DNA of 57,109 nt, taken from NCBI GenBank assembly GCA_025603075.1, contig MU626390.1, forward strand, positions 1 to 57,109. Direction: 5' to 3'. The notes under the pieces were generated by a model that saw only the letters and a program-made list of their open reading frames with translations, was not told the origin of the DNA and searched no databases. Made by a program: the position numbers and the translations under genes. This stretch comes from Neoconidiobolus thromboides FSU 785. Taxonomy: Eukaryota; Fungi; Entomophthoromycota. Below are positions 1-14,107 of the stretch, piece by piece. Every line of letters begins with the position of its first letter. Position 1 is the first letter of the stretch.

Positions 1-1483
1 AATGTTGTTGTAATAAAAGTGATAGATTGATCAATGTTTTATAATCATTTGGTGGATGGATAGAATAAGCATACTCATATCTTGCTTCTCTACCAGCCTT
101 TACTAATGCAGTAACAGCGGTAATTGAACGTGAATGAAGTATCTCTAAATCATGGGGTGTTATGCTTAAAGTATCATCTTTTAAAAGAAAACTATCTGAA
201 AGTAAATTTAAAGTTGAATGAAGTGACTCCAAAGTAAGTACAAGTGAATCACCAAGATCTTGAGAAGCTGATTCAGGCCATAAAGCGACATTAACGAAAG
301 TACTAATACCTACACCCACCAAAGATGGTGATAAAATTAAACCAAAGATATTAAGTGTAAAAGTATCTGCACCAAATGGAATTTGTGTAAGACTAATCAA
401 CATGATCACATTGAGTAAAGTAATAGGCCCAGTTAATTTTGGAAACTTTGTTTTAATGATACCGGATGTAAACATATAAGTATAAAGAAATAAAGCAAGT
501 ATAAAAGATCCATCAAGTATCACATTATTATCGCTATCTCTAATTACATTATTCTTGTTAAATAGGATATAAAACCCAAAGGCTGTTATATAAATTAATA
601 GTCCGATTAAAGAACATATACAAGTCAATAATGTACTTTCTAATTGGGCACCAACTGTCTTACAAGAATCAAAGATAATGGTAGCAATAATGGCAGTATA
701 GGAGCCATTACCTAAGACATTTCGAACTGGGTCAATGATAACCAATAAAGTAGCCAAAAAGAAAGCAATTGATGACTTTACAATTCTTTTAAATATAATT
801 GGATTGATAGAATGTCTTCCTTTTTTAAAAAATAATAAGATCTTTCTTAATCGTGTATTTTCGGGTTCTGGTGAAGGTGGTAAATTATTATTTAATAATT
901 TCGTTCTTGCTGGTAATGGCATTTCAAAATCTGTTATTGCTGTTTGAACAGTCATTTGGTTTCTTTCTTCATTAGTTTGCTCTATTTCTTGTTCATTGTT
1001 GAGATTTTGTTTACTTGCCATTGAAGTTATTATTCTTGGGGTACTAACATTTTTATCGCCAACTATTGCTTTAGGACTATTTGTTTCATTTTTTATACCA
1101 AATAAGTCTTGAAGTGGAGTTGTTTCAGATTGAATATCCTTTTTTTCAAAATTGTTTAGGTTTAAACCGTACGCATTATTATTAGGAGCTTGTGGAAGCG
1201 CCTTTGAAGTTTCTCTAAAAAAGAATTATAAGTCAAAGATCTTAAAATTAGTTTATAATCTATTAAAGGTTCTGATTTTCTACTTCGTTCATTTATCTTG
1301 AATATATTACCTCTTATTTTCATGCTCCTGGACACCCTCATTTAATGTGGAGCTTAATGAGGCTTTTTGTAACCTAGAATCATATGGCGAACTTGTTGAA
1401 GATTGTGTGGTTGAGTTGGTACCTATTTTACTAGGTCTTAATCTAGAAAAGGGTGAACTTGATATCGGAGATTCCTTACTCAT
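1..1483 (-). CDS. Multi-pass membrane protein of the FUSC/ArAE (aromatic acid exporter-like, ArAE_2_N type) family; 3' end runs off the window
   Basis: ATG at 1483 (MSKESPISSSPF...), GT-AG intron 1215-1310, then an open frame to base 1. After a long polar N-terminus it reads FKRIVKSSIAFFLATLLVIIDPVRNVLG...TVGAQLESTLL...VGVGISTFVNVALWPESAS, with about 6 hydrophobic segments. Not in the ORF track because it has no stop inside the window. Confidence 0.65.
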
Positions 1484-3004
1484 CAAAATAAATATTTACA
1501 AAAAATTAAAGAAATTAAAAAACTATTTTCCAATTACAAACAATGACCACTTAATATCTTTGTTGATTTTCAAGGCTATTCTATAAATGGAAATAAATTA
1601 ATTAATAAAACACTTTTAGTTGCTAGATCGAGTAGAAATGATAATGAAGAGAGATGAATAAACTATCAAAAAGTGAAAATAGAGATTGTTGACCTTTAAA
1701 TTTTTATAATTTTTCTATTGTTTTAAGGCCTTGTAAAATTGTATAAATTATTAGTAATCTGAAATTTTTAATTTAACGGATAATTTTAATTCAGTGTTTA
1801 AAAAAAAGACAGGTTTTAAAACTCACACATGATGTGGTGTGATCTAAGGCTTTGTTGCTCAATTATGCTGTGATATCATTTTCAATTTTTAGTCAAGGTC
1901 ATAACGTTGGTTCTTCAAAGTGCTAAAATACTAATATTTATTATTATATTATAGAAACTTTCTTTAAATAATAGATATGTATTTTATATTATAATATATC
2001 AGACCATGATACCAATTGTTTATAGCTAATATAAAAGCTAAAGGTTAAAAGTTTCTATTTCTCTTATAATTTGAAAGGGACCAATTGGTACCCAGTTGAC
2101 TTACAAGAATGGAAAAATCAAATTTTTATTATCAAATGAGTATTTAAAGAATATATGTAGTAAATGAAAAGGAGGGATGTGTAAATAAGAGGAAGCAAAG
2201 AATATCTCTATTTTTGAGATGGACAAATTTTAAATAGTTTGATTTATTTTCCGCCTTGTCCAGATAAAGAACAAAAAATTGAAAAATTAGAAGCGTGGGA
2301 AAATGATAGGTGATGTTAAAGACTTAATAAAAAGAATTGAAATTGTAAATAGATATTCAACACTCATCAAATTTAAGTGACATACATATTAAATAAAAGA
2401 AATAGAAAGTATCATCCTATTTTATTGAAGTAGCTTTAAAACTACTTCCACCATCTAGTATTAATTCGAATAAGTTTTCAGACTAATTATTCTTATCATT
2501 TAGAATTTAATTGAGGTTATTCTTAGAAACATCATATTACTATACAATTTTGACGATTCAGATAGCAATAAAATATTTCTATTCACTTTATATTGCCTTA
2601 AATAAAAACTTTAATATCTTGTACTAATAAATAATTGTTGCATTGATTTGTTTGAATTTTAAAATTTTGGTATTAATAAATGCACTCAATATTATATTGC
2701 TTAATTTAGTAAATATTTTAAAAAAATTGTTTTGATAAACACAAAATGCTCACACAATAAGTTCAAATATGTTTGAAGATTGTTACTTTAGGTTGTTTAT
2801 ACGCATTAAATCAAACAAGAGATACTTTTTATTTTAATAATTATTTTAATCTTTAAGTCATAAAACACAAATAATGATATATTATGACTTCAATCAGTAA
2901 ACTATGAAAATAAAAAATAGGGAAATCAAAGTAAAGCTTGCGTCATGAATAAAGCAAAAAGTATATAAATTAAATAATGCGTACAATTTTAAATAAATAA
3001 TAAA

Positions 3005-5112
3005 ATGGGTTTCAATAAAGGAGTTGAATTGTTATCAGTTAATACTATTCGAGTATTATGTGCGGACATGGTTGAAGAAGCAGGAAGTGGGCATCCAGGT
3101 GCTCCAATGGGATGTGCTCCAATAGCCCACATCCTTTATTCCGAAGCGATGAACTATAATCCAAAAAATTCCAAATGGGTAATTCTAATCAATTTGAATC
3201 ATTTATAAAACTAATAATATTTTAGATCAACAGAGATCGATTTGTACTTTCTAATGGACATGCCTGTGCTTTACAATATGCTATGCTACACTTGTCAGGC
3301 GGGAATATGAGTATAGAAGACCTTAAAAGTTTAAGAAAATTAAATAGTAAAACACCAGGTCATCCAGAATCCCATCTCACTGAAGGTATTGAAGTAACTA
3401 CTGGACCGCTTGGACAAGGTATTGCTAATGCAGTTGGTTTGGCTCTTGCTGAAGCCAATTTAGCTGAGACTTTCAATAAAAAGGATATCTCAATTATTGA
3501 CCATTATACCTATTGTATTCTTGGCGATGGATGTATGATGGAAGGTATTTCTAGTGAAGCTTGTTCACTTGCTGGCAGATTAAAATTGGGCAAATTAATT
3601 GCTTTCTATGATGATAACAAAGTGACTATTGATGGTAGTACGGATCTCTCTTTCCATGAAGATATTGAAATGAGATATAAATCTTATGGCTGGCATGTAC
3701 TTTCAGTAGAAAAAGGGGATACTGACTTTGAAGGTATTAGAGAGTGTATCAAGAAAGCAAAAAATATTACTGATAAACCAACTTTAATAAGAATTCGTAC
3801 CACTATTGGGTTTGGTGCTGAAAAAGCTGGTACTGCTGATGTACATAGTAATGCTTTTGGTGATGAGGGAATTAATAGTATCAAATCGAAGCTTGGATTT
3901 GATGTAAGTAAAAAATTCCATATTTCTCAAGAAGTTTCTGAACTTTGGAAAGAAGTTGAAAAGAAAGGAATCAAAGCTGAAGAGGAATGGAATAACAAAT
4001 TAACTGAATACTCTCAAAAATACCCAGAGTTAGCTGAAGATTTTAAAAGAAGAGTATCCAATAAGCTTCCTGAAAACTGGGAGGAATCCTTACCTCAATT
4101 TAAAAAGGTTGGAGAGATGCTTGCCACTAGAAATTGTTCAAATGAAGTACTTAATTCAATATCTTCTATTTTTACTGAGCTTATTGGTGGCTCTGCGGAT
4201 TTAACACCATCTAACTTAACAAGATGGAAAGAAGCTAAAGATTTCTTTCCAACTAAAGATAAAAATACAGGTTATGATGGTAGATATATTCGATATGGCG
4301 TTAGAGAACATGCTATGTTTGCTATATCTAACGGTATAGCAGCTCATGGTAGTTTAATACCTTTTTGTGCTACTTTTCTTAACTTTTTAAGTTATGGCCT
4401 TGGTGCTTTTAGATTATCAGCCCTTTCCAATTTCCGAGTACTTTATATAATGACACATGATTCAATTGGATTAGGTGAAGATGGTCCAACCCATCAACCA
4501 ATTGAAACTTTAGCTTTATTAAGAGCAACACCCAATGTTTATGTTCAACGTCCAGCAGATGGTAATGAAGTATCTGCTGCTTATTATAGTGCTTTTACTC
4601 ATGAACATAGCCCAACTGTACTTTGTTTATCAAGGCAAAAAGTACCAACCCTTGAAAATTCCTCTTATAAATTAGCTTTAAAAGGTGCTTATGTATTAAA
4701 AGACTCTGATAAACCAGAAGTTATATTAGTTGCTACTGGATCAGAAGTTTCAATTGCTGTTGATGCTCATGAATTATTAAAGAAAGAAAACATATCTTGT
4801 AGAGTAGTCTCTATGCCATGTTTTGAATTATTTGAAGAGCAAGATAATGAATATAAACAAAGTGTATTTTTAAATAATATACCAGTAGTTAGTTGTGAAG
4901 CTTTATCTACTTTTGGATGGTCTAAATATGCCCATGCTTCTTTAGGTATGACTACTTTTGGTATGTCTGGAGATTACAAAGAAGTATATAAACATTTTGG
5001 TATTGAGCCCAATAATTTAGCTAAAATAGCTAAAAACACTATGGAGTTTTATAAATCAAAAGGCATTCAACCTCCTAATCTTTTAAATACTCCAAATAAC
5101 TTATCGAATTAA
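3005..5112 (+). CDS. TKL1: Transketolase
   Basis: SGHPGAPMG in exon 1; intron 3179-3225; then [34 protein letters not shown] (TPP binding), [16 protein letters not shown]. Confidence 0.98.
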
Positions 5113-5291
5113 GTAATCTTTTATATTTGAAAATAAATTTTATTGTATGCTTTAAATTTGTAATTTTTTTTCTTATAAGTGGTGGTGACCTCATCATAAA
5201 ACGTAGCCAATTAAATTTACATATTGTTTTAGTTAAATTTGATCGAAAATTTATTTTATGAACATTTGTTTAATTAAAAATAAAATATAAA

Positions 5292-6025
5292 ATGCTATTT
5301 CAACTTGGAAAAAATATAATAAAAAAGAATGTTTTCAATTGTCAAGTTGTAAACACTTGTAAATATTCAGCTAAAACATTAGATGGAGTTAAAAGCAAGG
5401 TAATTTACAGTGTTATAAATTTTGAGTAAGATTTAAGGAATTTAGATTTGGCAATTAGGACGATTGAATCATGTAGCCATTGCGGTACCTGATATTGAAG
5501 CCAGTACTCGATTTTATAAAGATATATTAGGAGCTGAAGTTAGCTCAAAAGAAGTAATATTAATATTAATATTAACATTAACATTTTAATTTCAATTATC
5601 AAAAAAAATAAATTAAATTAATCATTTAATTTCTAAATAATTAGGCACTTCCAGATCATGGAGTTTATACTGTATTTGTTAATTTAGGTAATACTAAAAT
5701 TGAATTGTTACATCCATACGGAGAAAATTCACCAATTCAAAACTTTTTAAATAAGAATCAAAGTGGTGGAATTCATCATATTTGTATTGAAGTAAGTTTT
5801 AAAATAAAGAGTATATTAAATTATTAGTTATTAACAAATAAAAAGAAGTAATTAATAAAATTGATTTTTTAGGTGGATGACGTATTCAAAGCATTACAAG
5901 ATCTTACATCTCAAAATATTCGATCATTAGATAAAAAGCCTAAAATTGGAGCTCACGGTAAACCAGTAATCTTTTTACATCCTAAAGATTGCGGTGGTGT
6001 CTTAGTCGAATTAGAGCAAAAATGA
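5292..6025 (+). CDS. MCEE: Methylmalonyl-CoA epimerase, mitochondrial (4 exons)
   Basis: Exons 5292-5399, 5446-5553, 5645-5791 and 5873-6025 join in frame. Peptide: MLFQLGKNIIKK (presequence-like)...LGRLNHVAIAVPD...LPDHGVYTVFVNLGNTKIELLHP...GGIHHICIEVDD...KIGAHGKPVIFLHPKDCGGVLVELEQK*. The metal-binding His/Glu residues are present. Absent from the ORF track. Confidence 0.95.
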
Positions 6026-6644
6026 ATATTGGAAAAAGATAATTTTGAAATTAAAAATTAAAGATAAGATTCTTTTATATAAGATTTAAAGTTTATTAAT
6101 TTTATAAAGGAATAAACATAAATCAAATCATTACTAATAATTTTTAGTTTACATAATAAGTTTTGAAAATTAGAATGAATTTATCTATTTTGTTTATTTT
6201 TTAATAGACTGTAAATCAATGAGTATTTTATTAGCTATTAAATTAATCATCATATTATTTTATATAAATAAAAATAATAATTTATTACAAAAATTCCACT
6301 AATAACTATTTTATTTCAATTAAATTAAATTAAATATTTTTTATTAATAAATGCTAGTTTCTAATAAAAATAAATAAATGTTAATAAAAAGTTGAAAACA
6401 GAAAAAATGAACAGAGATAATAATGATAACTTATTTAGAATGAAGTTTATTAAATTTCAATATGAAAGTTTTAGAAATCTAAAAAATTTTAATATTTCCA
6501 TTTCAAAGAATCAAATTTCTAGTCTTAATTAGTATTCAATGCTCAAAAAAAACTGCATAAATCAATGACGACTTTGAGAAAACTTGGATCTTTTTAACAT
6601 TTCAAAAATTGTTTATCTTTTTATTTGTTTTCATTTTAACAATT

Positions 6645-7955
<1,311 letters not shown>

Positions 7956-8008
7956 AAAGATGATGCAAAAAAATAAAATTATATTAAACTAGTTTATTTT
8001 TGTTATAT

Positions 8009-8105
8009 GGGGATGTTTTTTTGGCTTCATTACTTTTTCCACCTTCCAAGTGTTATTTGAGTGGAAAAATCGCTAGTAAATTCTTAGACACAAAAATACA
8101 TCCTC
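8009..8105 (+). mobile_element. MITE copy 1 (+ defined as GGGGATGTTTTTTTGGCTTCATT... orientation)
   Basis: GGGGATGT...ACATCCTC, flanked by ATAT/ATAT; 54 bp after the AKR7 stop. Confidence 0.9.
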
Positions 8106-8457
8106 ATATATTGAAACATGTAAAAAAAATAATATTATTGAAATATAATATATTTTTGTTATTAATACGAATCATTACTATTATTCTTATTAAATTTGAA
8201 GAGTTGTATAAAGTTGGGAGATTATAGTATTGCCAAAAAAAAGATAATTACATAAATAATTTAAACATTATTTCTATAAAAATCAACTAATCACACTAAA
8301 TGAATAAAAAAATAGTCCAACTATTAGATAGGAATAACATAATAGATTCCAATGCATCAACTTTACTCAAACATAAAGTAACCTTTGCAATAAAAAAAAC
8401 AATTTATATTTTATTTTAATAATTAACTCAGCAATATATATATATTAATCTTCATTC

Positions 8458-9276
8458 TTATTTTTGTTTGAATTTCTTATTCATCAACTCCTTAAACTGA
8501 GGCGGTAACTCAAATTCAATTTGTTTTGATAGATCAATATGATTTCCCAATTTACAACTCCATTCATCTGGTTCTTTCAATTCCTAAAAAATAAAAAAAT
8601 GAACCTTCGTTTATTGATATTCCCATTAAATAAAGAGATTCAATTAATAGACTTACAATTTCGTCCACTGCTTGCATATCATATAATTCATTCAATCGCT
8701 CCCAAATTTCTAAATTTGTTTTTGGATGCGCATTATTTTTATTAAATAAATAACAAATATTCGCCATTCGAAAATGTTTGTGTAAACCTAAAACAATTTT
8801 AAGTTTAATATTCCATTCATAATGTCTTCATTTATGAATTAAGTAAATAATTTCGAATTTCCATTACCAGCTGGTTTATTATTAGCTATACATTTAAATA
8901 GTAATGTATCTGCTGCAACACTCCATTCACCTTGTGATTTTGATTCTGAATTATCTGATTCTGGTTCAATTCGAGTTATTTCTTCTTTTAAATGAGAATC
9001 AGAAATTAACCCCCCAGTTCTTTTGATTCCTAAAACATTCAATCCTATCTTTTTTATATCCTTTTTTGTATTATTTCATTAATCCCATTTCTAAAAATCT
9101 ACTATCTAAATAAATCTTACAGTATCATTATCCATTTCAATTGGACTATTTAATTCATCTAACTTAATCGGTGTGGACTCTTCAGAGGAATTGATGAGTT
9201 CTTCATTTTCATTGATACTAGTTAATATTAATTTAGATTTCAACGGGGTTTTCTTTTTATTCTTTTTTTGTGCCAT
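8458..9276 (-). CDS. EAF7: NuA4 subunit EAF7 / MRG-binding protein (CT20 family)
   Basis: Four exons. Peptide MAQKKNKKK...WSVAADTLLFKCIANNKPAG|LHKHFRMANI...EIWERLNELYDMQAVDEI|ELKE...EFELPPQFKELM...*. The KP-G-HKHF-M and IW-L-LYD motifs are typical of CT20. The first acceptor site is uncertain (AAG at 9061 or 9049). Confidence 0.8.
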
Positions 9277-10025
9277 TAATAGATATTGAATGATAAAATA
9301 TTGAGAAATGAGTGGAATCTTTTTTACAAATATTGTTAATTGCTTGGATTTAAGTCTAATTTTAACAAAAACCAATCATCTTGAAGATAAATTGAATAGA
9401 TGATATATCAGATATTGAGTACTTTATTTTCTTTCTTTTTTGGGCAAATCTTGATTATAAAGTCTAAAGTTGAAGCTAGAATTAATTTTTGATTTAATTT
9501 GGCTATTTATAGTTGAAAAAAATTGCAAACAAAAAAAATAAAATTTAAATTGAAAAAAGTGGGGAGTTGCTTTATTCAATTATTTTTAAAGAAAAGTTTA
9601 ATAAATAGAAATAAGCATTATTATTATTAATTAAATAAGATACTCAAAAATATTAGACAAAGCTATTATTAAAAATTAAGTCTTTATTAAGTATTTTTAT
9701 AAAATTTTATTTTTTATTATAATTAATTACATGTTTGCCATCTTTTTTTCTTAAAAATGAAAAAATCATATGGAAATACCTAATACATAATAACATATAT
9801 AAATATTACGTTATAAGATAATAATATTTTCAAATAAATTAATTCAGTAGTCAATTTGAAAAATTTACTATATATAGTAATTTGTAATAATTAAAAAGGT
9901 AATATCACTTTTCGAAATTAATCCAATTAATTTAGTAACATTTAGTTGTTCCAAATAACTTTAAATAAAAATAAATAAAAATACTTTCTTTAAGTTTTTT
10001 ATAAACAATTTTTACTAAATTTCAA

Positions 10026-12074
10026 ATGAGCTTTGACATTCGCTTACACTATAAACAAAAGATATTAAGCTTAATAAGAGGAATCAAAACCAAACAACGA
10101 TGGAAGACATTAATATTAGATTTTAAAAGCCAAAAACTGATTAGTAGTCTATTTAATTTATTAGAATTAAATGAAGAAGCTATCACATTAATAGAAAACA
10201 TTGAAATTCAAAGAGAAAGTTTCATTACAATGGAAGCTATTTATTTTATTTACCCAAGTATAGAGAATTTAGAGTTAATTAAAAAAGATATTAATGTGGA
10301 CGGTATAGCCAAATATTTTCAATTTCATTTATTATTTTTAGATACAATAAAAGATGATATGTTTGAAAAGTTAATTCAGTTAAATAAAACAAATAAGATA
10401 GTGACATTGAATGAGTTTTACTGTAATTTCATACCAGAAGAAAAGTATTTTTTAAATTTATTAATGGACAAAAAGATAGCTTTTCAAAACCTATATTCAC
10501 CTTTAACAAGACATAAAGAGTTGATAAATTCATTAGACTTAATAGCAGAAAATATCTGTCAATTCTTGATGAATTTCAATATGTTTCCTACTATTCGATA
10601 TCATCAAGAGGATAAACAAAAGAAATCTGGATTGACAAATTTATTAGCTGATATGATTTATAATAAACTAAATTTATATTATAATGACAATGATATTAAA
10701 GAATCGGATATTGAGAGGCCTATATTATTGTTATTAGATCGATCTTTTGATTTAAATCCCCCATTTTTATATAATTTTTCTTATGAGCCATATTTAAAAG
10801 ATGTATTTTGTTTTGAAGATAATAAAGTACCTAGGTAATATTATTTGATATTTTCACTATAAACTAAGTAATACTAATTTATTTCTAATAGTTTCGAAGA
10901 TACTAAAGGAGAATTAAAAGAAATCTACTTAGATCATCATGATCTTATTTATCAACAAATCAAATCAAAAAGTATAACTGAAGCAGCAAGATATATAAGA
11001 ACTCAATATAATGAATTATTAAAAAATAATCAAGCAGCAAAACAATTTATCACGGGGTAAGATTTAACGTATATATATTTTATAGACAAACTAATAATAA
11101 AAATTTCTAAATTATTATAGAGAAATTAAACAGGATGAGAAGAATTTGAATGAATTAAAGAATGCAGTAAAACAATTACCTCAAGTCAAACAAAGTTCCA
11201 ATTTATTAAAAAATCATACTTTATTAACTGATAAATGTATTAATGTATTTAAAGAAAGAAGTTTAAATCTAATAGCTCCCTTACAAAAGGTAAATTATAA
11301 TATTATTCTTTTTTTTCTATATTAACCTTATCATTCAACTTTTATCTTACATATAGGAACTAACTTCTAATAATAAAGAAGATTCAATTGAACAACATAA
11401 CCTATTGTTAACTAATTTAATTGATATTTTGCTTCAAGACAATATAAGATTAAAAGATAAAGTAAGAGTATTAAGTTTATATTTATTAAATCATCCAACT
11501 ATACTTGATGATCGATATCGTCTTGAAATAGTATCTGAAATAAAAAGTCATATTTATTCCAATTCAATATCTAATATCAGTTATATTAAAAATGGACCAA
11601 TAATAATGGTAAATAATTAAACAATTAATATTTTATTATATTTACAGTAACGATTATATTTTTTTGTTATAGGAATCAACAGAGAATGAAAGTACAACTA
11701 AAATTAAAGATTGGCATATGGAACCTACTGAAGGTAAAATCGATGATCTCATCAATTTTAAATTATTAAAAGAAGAACAATCTATTAATTGTGATACCTT
11801 GCACTTAAAATCTATATTATTAAATTTATATAATAACACTCTCAGTTTTTCCGAATTCCCCTACTTGAACCCACCTTCAATTTTACAAACTAAAGAAAAA
11901 GACGAAAAAACAATAACTTTTATACTAGGTGGTGTTACTTTATCAGAAGTCAAATTAATTAATAGATTTAATAAGGCGTTTATTAAGGAAAAGAATACTG
12001 CTTTATTGGGCTCAACTCATCTTATTTTACAAGATCAATTTTTATTAGATTTATTTGAGTTAAGTAAAAATTAA
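10026..12074 (+). CDS. SEC1: Sec1/Munc18 family protein (5 exons, divergent)
   Basis: WKTLILD, MEAIYFIYP, PTIRY, LLLLDRSFDLNPPFL, FILGGVTLSEV. Exons 10026-10834, 10892-11056, 11121-11290, 11357-11608 and 11673-12074 join in frame. Confidence 0.88.
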
Positions 12075-13010
12075 ATTGAGTCATGTTAATTATATAAGAT
12101 TTTCAACTTGTTTGAGTTCGTGTATTTATCTAATTGAGTTGACTTTTATTGAATTAATATTTAGTTAGTTACAATAGTTTGCTAATAGCCTTCTATATAT
12201 GTGTGTCGGAGTATAATTGTTAATAGAATGTACAACAACATTGAGTTTTATAAGTAAATATCAAATAATACATAATATATAATAAATTGAAATTTATCAT
12301 ACTAATCACTAAAGATAGTCATTACTAAATTGAAAGTTCAATTATCATAAGGTTAAATGTATTTAAATAAACTCATTAAGTTTTATAGCTTTTGGTTATT
12401 TTTTACTTCCAAGTATCTTTCGTATATCAGTGTATTATTGATTATTGCCTATGACGATAATGTTTAATCTTCTGAATACTTCATTTTTAGGTAAATAAAG
12501 AAATAAATAAAAAGACCGTCAAGTGTACATGTTGAAACGCAATATGGAAAAGATATTTATTGTATTTTCGGAAGAAATCCGATAGCTTATCTGTTATTTT
12601 CAGAATTCAAAAGTTTATGCTAAATTGATAATATTATATTTAAAAAACGCAACTAAATTAAAGAATATAATTGTTGGTACTAAAAAAGACCTTTTCTTAA
12701 TTGAAAAGCTTAGTTTATTAAAAATAAAAATTGGAAGTTTTACGTCATTATAAAGATTTGTAAGAAAGGTAAAAAGGATGGTAATCAGGTTATTTAAGAG
12801 AAGTTATTTATTGATTTGTTTTATAAAACTGTGATTTATTAGAACAAGAAATTTAAGTACTAATTAGTTTTTGTATAATTTAAAAATAATATTTTACATC
12901 ATCTTAATAGGAAATATAAAATCAATTTACTTCATTTCTTCTAAAAATTATCTTAGTGTTATTAAAATTTAACCAGATAACAAATAATTTATTTAAAAAA
13001 ACAGCAGTAT

Positions 13011-13107
13011 GGGGGTGTTTTTTTGGCTTCGTCACTTTTCCCATCTTTTGAGCACTATTGGAGCAGAAAATTGTTAGTAAAATTCTCAAATATAAAAACA
13101 CATCCTT
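13011..13107 (+). mobile_element. MITE copy 2
   Basis: GGGGGTGTTTTTTTGGCTTC...CACATCCTT; right end eroded, TSD not clear. Confidence 0.85.
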
Positions 13108-13189
13108 AATGTTATCTTGATAATAATATAATTTATACTACAAATAAAATAAAATCTCAAAAAAACCAAAATTAAAATTAAAACCTAAA

Positions 13190-13745
13190 AAATGTGAAAT
13201 ATCTCTTTATCAGCTCTATAATTGACTATAATATGGGAGTGTTTTTTTTGACTTCATTATTTTTTCCATTTTTCAAGCGCTATTTAAGCGGAAAAGTTGA
13301 TAGTAAAATTCTTAAACACAAAAATACATCCCCATATAATAATCACTTAAGTTGTTGTGTTCTCAAGTTCAAAGACAATTAATCCCATGCTCTTAGCTTC
13401 ATCCCAAAGGATATTATCTTCTCGTTTTGATATTCATGATTGCCAGAGTATAAAAGAGATTTTAGAACATAGTAGCTCGAGGCTTTTTAACTGAATTGTT
13501 CTCCGATATTTTGTACATTTAATAAAGCCACTAAGTTTTCTTAATAGTATTTTATATAGGTTTTACATTAGTACTGTCTATTCTATTTGTCTTACATAGT
13601 CTGTAGCATATCACGTGCTATCATTCATAACTCAAGTCCATCTTAGTCACATAAACTAATATCTTTCGACTTACAGCTAGTCAACCAAGCAATAACTGCT
13701 TTTGACTCCAATCACTGAGTAACCAGATTTCACATAGCTAAGCTA
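13190..13745. repeat. Older degenerate dispersed repeat, copy A (interrupted by MITE copy 3)
   Basis: Colinear by eye with 56248-56690, e.g. AATCACTTAAGTTGTTGTGTTCTCAAGTT vs AATCACTTAGGCCATTATATTCTCAAGTT and CAAGCAATAACTGCTTTTGACTCCAATCACTGA vs CAAGCAAGAACTGCCTTTAACTCCAATTACTGA. Confidence 0.8.
13235..13333 (+). mobile_element. MITE copy 3
   Basis: GGGAGTGTTTTTTTTGACTTC...AAAAATACATCCCC; TSD ATAT/ATAT. Confidence 0.92.
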
Positions 13746-13974
13746 ATAAATAGTTGAAAAGCAAATAATCATAATAATAAACAACAAATATCCTTATATC
13801 CTTATATCGCTTATGTTATATAAAAATAGTTAATCATAATTTTAAAACTAATTATTACTTCGTATACAGCTATTTGTTTATTTATTTAATGGCAAATCTA
13901 AAATATTAGCTATATAGCAGTCAGTAATAAATATTTTTCAATAAATCTTTATAAATATATATACCTATTTATAT

Positions 13975-14070
13975 GTGGGAGTGTTTTTTTTCATTGTTTT
14001 TTCCATCTTTTAAGCGCTATTTGAGCCGAAACATTGTTAGTGAAATTCTTAAACATAAAAATACATTCCT
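13975..14070 (+). mobile_element. MITE copy 4
   Basis: GTGGGAGTGTTTTTTT...AAAAATACATTCCT; ATAT on both sides, with 2 extra nt at the left end. Confidence 0.88.
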
Positions 14071-14107
14071 ATATTATAATTTTGATTAACATTAATATAT
14101 AAGTTAT

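Noticed and set aside
735-1586. Plus-strand ORFs 735-947 and 1347-1586
   Set aside because: They are antisense shadows of the minus-strand membrane protein gene.
2041-2313. Protein-like frame (NWYPVDLQEWKNQ...LIYFPPCPDKEQKIEKLEAW), faintly like the Tc1/IS630 PPYSPDLNPIE motif
   Set aside because: Five stops, no convincing splice sites, no DDE residues or TIRs; the similarity is too weak.
5554-5590. Short tandem repeats: (TAATAT)n in MCEE intron 2, (TAT)n at about 7240, CTAAAAATTC at about 17205, AAAATAT at about 40355
   Set aside because: Ordinary low-complexity slippage in AT-rich DNA.
8000-8227. ORFs 8000-8227, 13194-13382, 24918-25211 and 56032-56268, some sharing YLSGK/KHKNTSPY peptides
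   Set aside because: The shared peptide is simply a stop-free frame through the MITE. These are not a gene family.
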